Shown in pieces: positions 1-9,754 of a DNA stretch of 22,881 nt. The stretch lies in assembly GCA_051294375.1 (NCBI GenBank), contig CM119270.1, forward strand, positions 13,357,954 to 13,380,834, written 5' to 3'. The position numbers were made by a program, and so were the translations under genes. Numbering within the stretch: position 1 is the first letter of the stretch; every line of letters begins with the position of its first letter. The notes below the pieces were generated by a model. It made no database searches and had not been told where the DNA came from. It was given only the letters and a program-made list of their open reading frames with translations. The stretch comes from Paraspadella gotoi. Its lineage: Eukaryota; Animalia; Chaetognatha.

Positions 1-275
1 GCGAGGGCCGGCGGGGGCGCCACGACGGCTCCGGGGGATCCTCGTTCGACAGGAGGGGCGGGGGGAGGGAAGAAGCAAAATCACCGCCGGATGAACTCCG
101 GTCAAATCGACCGGCGCTCCGGTGCGGCACGCGAGACGCCGGCGCCCTTCTCCGCCAGCACGCGGCGACCGGCGCCGGTGTCTTCCTCTAACCTTGACCT
201 TTTTGGGTCGCGACTCTGCGCAGGATGAGAGATCCGAACGCGAGCGGCGACTTGGACGACTGAGGGGCTGTGTAA
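1..275 (+). CDS. Probable upstream continuation of the large coding exon, broken by apparent indel errors
   Basis: Frame 1 is open from base 1 to TGA 226-228 (ARAGGGATTAPGDPRSTGGAGGGKKQNHRRMNSG...SSSNLDLFGS). Small frameshifts give DSAQDE/DPNASGDLDD/EG, leading into the 276 ORF. Same GC-rich, Gly/Ala/Ser composition as downstream; the 276 'start' is only a GTG after an in-frame TAA at 273-275. Confidence 0.4.
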
Positions 276-2781
276 GTGGGGAGGGGTTCGGGGAGTGGAA
301 GATCTCTCTCTGCCGGTGTCGCCGCTTCCTCGAAATCCGGCGGCGCTAAATCGACGCCCGTTAAAGGCGCCACCCCATCCGCCGCAACCGGCGCCGTCCC
401 CAAGTCTACGGACTCGTCGGCGAAAACGACGCCGGCGAAAGAAGGGGACAAGAAAAAGGGCGCCGCGGGAAAGAAACCAGGCGAGGGAAAGAAACCCGCC
501 GCCGATAAAAAGGCGGACAAAAAGGGCGACGCCAAAAAACCGCCCGCTAAGAAATCTGCCGCCGGTCCCGCCGCTAAAGAAAACAAGGCTGCCAAGAAAC
601 AATCCGTCGCCCTCAAGGAAAAAGCGGGCGGGTCCGCCAAGGACAACGCCGCTAATTCCGGCCAGTCCAAAGGCGCCGCCGGAGACAAAAAGGCCGCCGC
701 CAACGCCGCGGCCAACAAGGCGGCGGAAGGCGCCGGGGGAAAGGGCAGCGCCGGCGGCGCCGCCGCATCGGCGCCGGGTCCCTCCGGCGCCAATCTCCGA
801 CAAAAGGGACCCCTCGCCAAAAAGGGCAGCGCCTCTTCAGCCTCCTCCTCCGCCTCCTCCGCCTTGAACAGCGCTCACCTCCACAACTTTCCCCATCATC
901 AACTCCCGCCGGGCGCACCATTGCCGCTTGGAGGACTGAATCGAGACTCGGATCGTCAGCAGCTTCAGCAACAACTGCTACAGCAACAGCAGCAGCAGGG
1001 AGGCGGCTCCGTCGTCTCCGGACTTTCGTATCGAGATCATCCTTTGGGCGGCGCCGGCTCGGCGTCGAAAAGCGCCACCGACGCCGCCGTCCTCGAGGAG
1101 CCTTCCTCCACCACCACCACCAACAGCGCCGCCACTCCGGCGTCGTCTCGCGCTTCCACCACCACTAGCGCCGCCTCCTCCAGCAGTCAGGCCGTCAACA
1201 AGCGGTCGGCGGGCCAATCGGAGCAGTCTCAGTCGCAGTCTCGGTCGCAGCAGCAGTCGGCCTCGGAGTCGACTGTGCAGCCCTCTTCCTCCTCCAAGCA
1301 ACCCAAACAGGCCGTCAGGGAACGGAGGGAGAAACAGTTCGAGAAAAAGTCGTCTTCATCCCGACATCACCATCAGGCGTCGGCCTCCGCCGCCAGGCCA
1401 CCGCCGGCCGGTGCCTCGGCAGCAGCCGCCTCCGCCGCCGCCTCCGGCAGCCCCTGCACCTTAGACCTCAAGCCTCGCCCCACGGGCCCCAGGGGCTCGT
1501 CGTCGGGCCTTCCCCTCGCGGCCAGCGCGGCGCCGTCCACTTCGGACCGAGCAGACGCGGCCTGCAGCCCGATCACACCCGGATTCCTCATAAGTGCCAA
1601 TCCCGAACTCGCCTCCGCCCTCGGGGGATCCCCACTTCCTCCGTCGTCGAGAGCGACCTGCGGCCCGTGCCAGCAGCAGCAGCAGCAAAAGCGGCAGGGG
1701 GAGTCGAGCGAGACGCCGCTGCCGCACGCCCCTTACCCGACGCCGGAGCACGGATACTACGCCTCCTCCTCCTACGCCGGCGGCGATCACCTCCATCATC
1801 ATTTCCTCCATCAACAGCAACAGCAACAGCATCATCATCACCATCACCAATTCGCCAATCACGTTCCTCAGTCGACGCCACCGTCGCAGAAGCGTCTGCT
1901 GCAGCAACAACAACAACAACAACAGCAGGGGTATGCCTCTTCGTCCTCGTACTCGGATCATTACCACCCGAGCTTCTTGTGGACGCAACGAGAGCAGCAG
2001 CAGCAGCAGCAGCAAAATCGCCCAAGTGCTTCTTGTTCGGGAGGGGAAGGCTTCGCTCGCCTTTCCTCCTCCCTGCCGCTGAGAGACTCTCGCACCTTCT
2101 CCCCCTCGCCCCCATCGAGCATTCCTTACCACAGCGGCCAACCCCTGCCCCCGGGGCAACACCACTCCCACCACCTCCACCACCACCACCCGCTGGAGGG
2201 CGGCGGGGGTGAGGGCGGCGGCGGCGGCGGCGAATCCGGCTCGTCGGTTTCGTCGTCGTTGCCCCGCGGCTTCGTCCTCGGCGGCGGCGGCGTCTCGCCC
2301 GGCGGCGTCGGCGGCTATTATGCCGGAGGGGCTTCGTCGACGGCCAGCGGCGGCAGCGCCAGTCTCCGCGGATCCTCCGTCGCCGGTTCCTTCGCCTCCC
2401 CGCCGGCGTCACGCTACGGCGTTCGCGGCGGCGTCGGGGGCGGCGTCGGCGTCGCGGGCGATTCCTCTGTCTCGGGATATTCGTCGACGAGCCTCTTCTC
2501 TCCGCCGCCGATGCGGTCTTCCTACTCTGGCGGCGCCGCCTCCTACTCCGCCAACCTCTTCTCAACCCCGCCTCCTAAATCCTCGAGTGCAGTGTCCGGG
2601 TTCGCCGCTTCCTCCGCCGCCGCCGCGAAATACGAGTACCTCAGCCGAACGCCGCCGCCGAAATCCGTCTCGGCGGGCGGACTGACTGGACCTTCTTATT
2701 ATTATTACAGGAGCTTGACTTACCAGAGGGGAAGGCAGCCGGCCGGGGAGAACATGGACGCGAGCGAAGGTGGGAGAGAAG
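276..2781 (+). CDS. Large internal coding exon of an unidentified low-complexity, probably intrinsically disordered protein (Lys/Ala-rich block, poly-Q, poly-H, Ser/Gly/Pro-rich)
   Basis: 855-codon ORF in a GC-rich block with mixed synonymous codons in the homopeptides (CAG/CAA, CAT/CAC). Consensus donor AAG|GTGAGT at 2781/2782 (phase 1), then an abrupt change to purine- and AT-rich intron sequence. No recognisable folded domain. Confidence 0.8.
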
Positions 2782-3754
2782 GTGAGTTTGGGGGGGAGAG
2801 GGTGGGAGGAGAAGAAGGAGGGAGAGAGGGAGGAGGCAGATAGAGGGAGACTAGAGAGTGGGTGAAAAGATTCTGAGTAGGGTTGAAAAAAAAAAAACTT
2901 TGGAATGAGGAAACAAAATACTAGTGGTTCGTTGGTTGCTTTGCTGTGTTAATTGTAAAATAATTTTTGAATTATTGTTCACTGAGATGTTGTTTTGATT
3001 TGGTGTTAAATTATTGAGTTTCTTTCTTTAATTTTGCGTTTGACAATGCTGTTTCTTGTAATAGAAGGAGATTCGCAATATTTGTCATGGTAGTGGTAAC
3101 TGGTAAGTGAATGTTATCCACACTTATATTTTAAACGATGGTGTTGCTCAAATTTGTTCCTCTCGGCTTTCTTTCAATTTCCATTTCTGAATATATTCCC
3201 TATTTCAAATCCTTTTCCCCCTGCCCCCCACCCCAGTCGCCGAGGATTCCTTGTCTTTAGATATGAATATTTTTGACAAACTCAAATCCAAAGCCTTCTT
3301 TACGTTTTATGGTAAAATTTTTAAACAAATTATATTGTCCTTTGCTGATCGTTGGCTTCGCTTTTCGTTGTCTGTGTCAAAAACCAAAGTTAAAACTGAA
3401 ACCGCACTGTCGCGCTGCTGTCCAGATACAATATATATTTCGGATGAAAGTACTACTAATCGAGGCCTCGGATTGTCGTGTCCGTTTTTTAAATGTCAAA
3501 TTTATCAATGACAACAACAACGACAACAACAGTTTGTTCTCGTTTTTTCTACGCTGATTCAACTAATATTTCACGCTTTTCGAGAAACTTGTTTTGAGTC
3601 ACCATGTACAAAAAAAACCAAAACAGAATACAAAACAAAATAAAAACAAGACAAAAACAGAAACCAAACCGCGTCTACCCTAATTTTGTTTTCCGCCCAC
3701 TAATTTGTCGACGCCTGTCTACCCTCTCTCCCTCCACCGCCCCCCTTCCCTTAG

Positions 3755-3867
3755 GTCGGCCGGCAGCGTCGGCAACGAACGGTGACCCGACGGAGCATCC
3801 GCCTTCAGAAACGTCGCCGACGCAGGGACCCGGCGGCGCATCATCTCCGCTGCAGCACGACAGAGGG
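3755..3867 (+). CDS. Internal coding exon of the same gene (GRPAASATNGDPTEHPPSETSPTQGPGGASSPLQHDRG)
   Basis: Pyrimidine tract plus TTAG acceptor at 3753-3754, GC-rich island, donor GGG|GTTAGT at 3867/3868. The phase-1 entry matches the 2781 donor, the frame is open, and it exits in phase 0. Confidence 0.7.
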
Positions 3868-5540
3868 GTTAGTGGTTTTGGGGTGGGGCGCTAGGGATCG
3901 GGGAGGTCAGGGAGCGCGCGTATCGATTATTGTTTTTCTTGATACGAGAATAGAGGGAATAAAATATAAATTCTGTAGTAGTACACTAAATAATAAATAC
4001 TGTCAAATTTTTTCTTCAGAGGTTCATATTTTTAAGAAAAAAAAATTTCCGGGAAAACCGAGACTCCGAGACTACGTAAACTTATTTGTTTAAAAAATCA
4101 TATAAAAAAAAGACCAGTGAAAATTGGCTGAACGCGACTCAGATAGTTCAAGCGAAAGAGAAAGGCGGAAAATTATAGCCAGGCGAGGCGTACTATTTTC
4201 TTCAGTTTGTATTAGACGAATTTTCACAGTTAAAAATAAGATTTAAAGTTAAAAAGCTAAAAAAATCCAGTCATCAACAAACAAAAAGAAATGGGCGTGT
4301 CAACACGTTTAAAGTTTTGTTTACGAAACGTTGGCTACTTTTTCTCTCAGTCAAGCGGTCGAATCGGAATCCGATGAAAACAGAAGATTCGTTGCGAATT
4401 GCTAAACTGAAGAAAAAAAAATGTGAGAATTCCTCGCTTGAGAGAGTAATTCCAGAGTAAAGCTGTTCAATTCCTTTAATCGGCGGAAATGAACCGGAAA
4501 ATTTTAAATTTTAAATAATATTTGGGGGACTTAATTTGATTTTGTGTTGTAAATGAATGAAAAAAGAAAAGAAAGGAACCTATAAGGGAAGAGTTGAGAT
4601 AAGAAAACAAAGAAAGAGATAAGAAACGAGGGGAAGAGAAACAAAAAAACTCGGAAAAGTAAATAGGATGATAAGCGACGAAATCTCGATTTCGGGTCAA
4701 AAGTCCAAATTCGAGGATCAAAGGTCAAAGTTCAAAGATCGAATTCAAAATTCACCGCCAACATAAAAGAAGAAAGATTTATGTGGCGAATGTGGGAAAA
4801 GATTAACTGGCGGGAAAAAAAAGGGTAAAAAGTTGTACATAATCGGAGATAAAAAATCAGATGGAAAAAAAGTTTAGTTTATTCATAAATTCATAAATTC
4901 ATAAATTTCTCGATACTCTTCATCTTTGTATATTTAATACTACTTTCGAAATTCTCCCCTTTTTTTAGACGGATCTGCTTATCAGAAATGAGTTTAAATG
5001 AAAAAAAAATATATTTCACAATTGAAACGTCAATTACTCATGATTGGTCGGGGCGATTGAATTAAAATTTTTTAAGTGGGTAGGAAAGTGTATGATTAAG
5101 CTGGAAATTAAGTTTTGATAGAATCTTCTGAGTGGAATTGAGTATTAACGGAAGAAAACAAAAAAAACTTTTTGATTATGCTTTTTTTTTCTTTTTATAT
5201 TAAATGTAAATGCAGTGATGAAAAGATCTAAAAATAAACATTTTGGATCAAATTAATTAATGATCGAGGGCAGATCCGACATTGTTTGCTCAAACTTGTT
5301 CCCCGACAAATGAATTTTCCCATTTTACATTCCAGCTTTCTCCTTCTTTTTTGATTTATTCATTTTTTAATGTCTTCCCCATTCAGTCGTCGCTTTTTTG
5401 TCCTTTTAATATTTCGCCTTCCACTTTCTATTTATTTCGTTTGGAGACTATTCCCTTTTTTTTACATTTATCTTTCTTTTTTTTTCCTGGGTTTTTCCCA
5501 CTCTCCTCGACAGCACCACCTCTATTTCATCCATTCATTC

Positions 5541-6170
5541 CTTTTTTTTACTTCCTTTCATCTTTTCTCCTCTTATGCTCTGCCATTTTTCTTATCTTTT
5601 CCCGCTATCATTCTTTTCCTTTTTTTTACATCCCTTTCATCTTATTCTCCTTCTTTATCTCTGCCATTTTCTTATCTTTTCCCGCATCTCTTTTCCCCCT
5701 TTTTTTTAACTTCCATTTCATCTTTTCTCCTTCTTTATCTCTGATTTTCCTATACTTTCCCGCTAATTCTTCCCTTTTTTTACTTCCCCTTTCATCTTTC
5801 CTCATTTCTTTTATCTTGCATTTCTTATCTTTTTCCCCGCTATCTCTTCCCTTTTTTTACTTCCCTTTCATCTTTTCTCCTTCTTTATCTCGCCATTTTC
5901 TTATCTTTCGCCTACTCTTTCCCTTTTTTTTACTTCCCTTTCATCTTTTCTCCTTCTTTATCTCTGGCCAATTTCCCTATCTTTTCCCGATATCTCTTCC
6001 CTTTTTTTTACTTCCCTTTTCATCTTTCCTCCTTCTTTATCTCCTGCCAACTTTCTTATTCTTTTCGCCGCTTATCCTTTCCCTTTTTTTTAGCTTCCCT
6101 TTCATCTTTTCTCCTTCTTTATTCTCTGCCATTTTCTATCTTTTCCCGTATCTCCTTTCCCCTTTTTTTT
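5541..6170. repeat. Intronic pyrimidine-rich minisatellite, ~8 copies of a ~77 bp unit
   Basis: Unit approx. T(7-9)ACTTCCCTTTCATCTTTTCTCCTTCTTTATCTCTGCCATTTTCTTATCTTTTCCCGCTATCTCTTCCC, recurring near 5550, 5628, 5709, 5782, 5859, 5932, 6010 and 6092. Confidence 0.9.
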
Positions 6171-6700
6171 CCCAACCAAATATCATTTTCGCGGAGCTGA
6201 AAAGATTTCCCCTCGCGTTTTGCTGCCAGGAGCCGTAGTTTTTGGGTTGGGGCAATAAAGGGGGGGGTTGAGAAAAGGAGGGAGGGTATGGTTTGAAGGG
6301 AAAAGGTGAGGGACTGGGGAGGCGATTCCTTTTGAAAACAAAATTCGAAGTCCAGAAAACAACTTTTTTTCTTTTTAGGTATAAAGATTAAAGTATCTAA
6401 ATTGTGAAGAATTTATAAAAAAAATATTTGTTAACCGGGACGATGGATATGTGTTTTGAAAAATAAATTATATTTTAAATTTTGACATTTTTGTGTTGTC
6501 TTTGTTCTCGTTATTATATAATAAAATCGCGATTATTTTCCTTCCGAGCAAATTTTTATGTTGGTTGTTTTTGTATTGGAAATTTTCTTGGTTGTCTTTG
6601 GGCTCCGTCCATTTGCCAAAAAAAAAAAATTAATTCCATATCTGTTATTTTCTCTCCTTATCGAAGACTTTTGTCGATCTTACTTTTCTTTTTATCCAAG

Positions 6701-6946
6701 ATGGCCGACCTCCTAAGCCACGCCCTCGATCTCCCTGACCCTCCCGTCCACCATTACCCCCCCCCACGAGTTCTCAACCTTCCCTTTTCCTCGTCAGTCT
6801 TGGGCGAATCTTCAATATTTCTCTCCCGCTATCCGTCCCCCACAAAACTTGTTGACAAGTTAATGGCCGCCAGGAATTTTATGGGCCGAAGTGGGAGAAC
6901 GCGCTGCGGCTGCTGCGGCGGCAGCGGCTGAGCAAACCGCAAGAGG
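6701..6946 (+). CDS. Candidate exon with apparent frameshift errors
   Basis: T-rich tract plus CCAAG acceptor at 6699-6700, then a GC-richer island (MADLLSHALDLPDPPVHHYPPP...). A poly-Ala run (ERAAAAAAAAAEQTAR) lies in another frame near 6897-6944. Possible donor GG|GTGCGG at 6946/6947. The entry frame stops at 6929-6931. Confidence 0.35.
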
Positions 6947-7386
6947 GTGCGGTTTAGGGTTGTGTTGATGCCGTTTGATTAGGGAGGAAATTTAATGAGG
7001 CGAACCGGGAAAATTTCTGAGCCAAAATTAGGATTAAGTTTTAAAAAAAAAGTCTAATTAGTGAGCGAGAGACTGGTGGTCCAAATTAATCAAATGTTAA
7101 TATAAAACTGACATTCGTGATCATTAATTTTTTTTAATATTATGTTTTGCCCCAGATTTTAATAATTTGTCTGATACTTTCCAATTTTGATAGTTTAAAA
7201 AAAATAAATAACAAAGTCGAAAACCATAAAATTTCAAATTTCTTCGCTCGAAAATCACTAGAATGAAACGAATTGAGACCAGCACCCAACGCTGCCAATC
7301 CTCCTTTCCCCCTTTTTAAAAATAAAAGAAGAAAAAAAAAAGTGTCCGCGTTGACATTTTGTTTTCGTTTCCTTTCTCAACCGCAG

Positions 7387-7548
7387 CGCGTCGACAGCAG
7401 CGACTCCTCGTCGGCCCTTCACTCCTCCGTCTCCGGCCCGGCCAGGCTCCCGGGCCATTCCGCGGCAGCGTCGGCAGCGTCGGCAGCGGCAGCAAAAATG
7501 GCGTCCCCAGCCTCGGAAAAGAGAGACTCGCTTCGAACGGGAAGAACG
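7387..7548 (+). CDS. Internal coding exon of the same gene (162 nt; reading frame ambiguous)
   Basis: Strong pyrimidine tract plus CCGCAG acceptor (7385-7386), GC-rich island, consensus donor ACG|GTGAGT at 7548/7549. The phase-0 reading RVDSSDSSSALHSS...SAAASAASAAAAKMASPASEK...GRT is compatible with the 3867 donor. Confidence 0.7.
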
Positions 7549-9581
7549 GTGAGTTTTTTTTTCCTTTTTATTTTTTTCACTTCCGGTGATTTTTTTTCGT
7601 CTTTTTAGTTTTATTCTCCGGGTTTTTCGCAGTTTTTATTTCGTCCGTCGTGGCGCTCGTGTTCTTCGCTTCAGTTTTATTCATTTCTGGTCGATTTTTT
7701 TTTGTTTTAAATTTAATTTATAAATAAGCTAATTTTTTTTTTTTTCCTTCTTCTGTTCTGCTATTTTCGTTTTCTTTCTGTTCTTCCTTTCTTCTTCTGT
7801 CTCCTTTTTTCTCTCTTCCGGTTTATCTTATAATTCCGATTCCAATTCACTCACGAGTAACAACTAGACTACACTCCGTACGCTATACGCGTTAACTAGT
7901 TTTAAAACCCTCCTGATTTACAGATTGAGATTCGTTCTATATTTTTTATTGTCTCTATTTTTCTTATTTTTTTTTTTTTTTTTTCAATATAACGACTTGA
8001 AGATTGAAAGCAGCAATTCTTAATGGTTCGGTAATTTAAAGTCGGCGAAGACTGTTTTTTAATAGAGTGTGATAACACTGAATGGGCGTTCCCTCAAACC
8101 TACTTTGGTTAACTTCATCAGAATTCTGAAATAACGTCGGTTTAAAATCGGATTGTGGCCCTCGAAAACATCGCAAAAAGACGGCCCGGAAAAGAAGAGA
8201 GAGAAGAGAGAGAGAGAGAGCAGAGCAGCCAGCAGAGACCGAGCACGCACGACCGCCCGCACGCAGCCGGACGACGACGGACCACACGCGCAGAGAGAGA
8301 GAGGAGAGAGAAGAAGAGAGAAGGAGAGAGCAAACGAATAATTACACGATGCGTTCTCGTTTCCTAATCAATGGCGGAATTGAATCCTTAGAACAAGAGG
8401 AATTCTCAACACACCGGTAGGGCTTAGACTAGATAAGACTAGAAGAGCAGGCGAGCACGCACGCGAAGTACCCGCGGCGCCCAACGCCAACGCACGACCG
8501 AGAGAGAGACACACCGCCCCAGAGACCGAGCCACGCGGAGAGACCGACGCAGCGGCCCACGAACACCGCGCGGTCGATCAGTCCTCCAGCGAGGGTTCGT
8601 TTTCAACAACGAGTCACATGTACGTGGTGACCCGCGCTAACACTGAACTCTCAAAACGACACACTATGAAGATTCCCCTGTTTTACGGGAACAGACAACA
8701 AAAAACACCACCACCCACGAAACCAACGGGACAGACATAACAACCCACACAGAGGAGAGAAAACACCAGACCAACACTAAAAGGAAAGAGAAAAAGCCCA
8801 GCCAACACACACTACACAGCCAACACACGCCTCCAAAAAAAACAAAAAAAAACTGTCATTCCTTTTTTCATCCCTTTTCCCCCTTCTTTTTATTTCGAGA
8901 CCAACTATAATTGAAGAACGCTGACCCCACGCGAGCAGCACGAGAGAGAGAAGAGAAGCGCCACGCACGCACGCACAGAGAGCCACGCACCCAGCACCCG
9001 CCACAGCCCGAAGAAGACCGACCGCCCAACGAGAGAGAGCAGACACCAGAAACTAACCCACCTTTCTTCAGCTCTGTACATCCTTAAAAATTCGAGGAAA
9101 AAAAAAATCCACAAGCAAGTTCTTCGGTTACGACGATGAACAATTAATAACGCCCTTAAAATAAAGGATAAACGATAAAAAAATGATGGAAAATGAGAAA
9201 ACATTTTGTCACTTACAAACTAAGAGCCACAAGTCAGAAACCGAAAAAAGGTCGGAATTAGAAAGCAGAGTCAAGACACATAAAACACAAAACAAAGTCT
9301 GCAACTACATTTCTTGTTCCCGCCTCTATTATTGTTGAAAACCGACAACGTGCTTTACATCGCATTTTATCTTTCCCGACCAAGGTCCGTGGAACAAACG
9401 AGTTAAAAAAGAAAACACTCCGTCGCCGACCAATTGCAACCGCAAACCTGCAAAACCATTTGGCCACTGCACAACTGAACAACCCGTTGCGTATTGAAAA
9501 AAATGAATTGACCATGGCAACCCAATACGGAAATCCCACATTTCATCAATTCCTCTTTCGTTCCCCTTTTACGCTCGCAAG

Positions 9582-9754
9582 ACTTCGAAGATTGAACCGG
9601 CTGGCACGCAAGTCTCCGCTCCGCACCCGATCGGCACCGCGCTCGCCAGCTGCTCCGCGGCTCGGCTGCGAGATAGGAGCCTCTCGGGTCACGGAGCGAA
9701 CGCCTGCTGCTGCGTTTCTGTCCCGAACGAACACCAGAACTTTTATGTACTTAG
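9582..9754 (+). CDS. Weak candidate exon (possibly terminal) inside the left arm, mirrored at ~14695-14860 on the minus strand
   Basis: GC-rich island after a pyrimidine tract and CGCAAG at 9576-9581. The right-arm copy can read ...SLSVNGANAAAAFLVRTEHPELFM-stop. The two copies disagree in frame. Confidence 0.25.

Noticed and set aside
345-830. Histone H1 gene
   Set aside because: Only compositional similarity; no globular domain, and it is embedded in a much longer ORF.
102-2685. Many overlapping antisense and alternate-frame ORFs (e.g. 1588-2565 minus, 295-867 plus)
   Set aside because: Arg-rich shadow ORFs expected from a GC-rich, trinucleotide-repeat exon; no independent splice or start signals.
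4880-4908. (TTCATAAA)x3, and similarly (CTTAAGA)x3 at ~16986-17006
   Set aside because: Trivial short slippage repeats with no supporting context.
5541-6170. CRISPR array
   Set aside because: Head-to-tail repeats without unique spacers, no cas genes, eukaryotic intron context.
5282-6238. 318-aa Phe/Leu/Ser-rich 'membrane protein' ORF
   Set aside because: Translation of the pyrimidine minisatellite, which lacks stop codons by composition.
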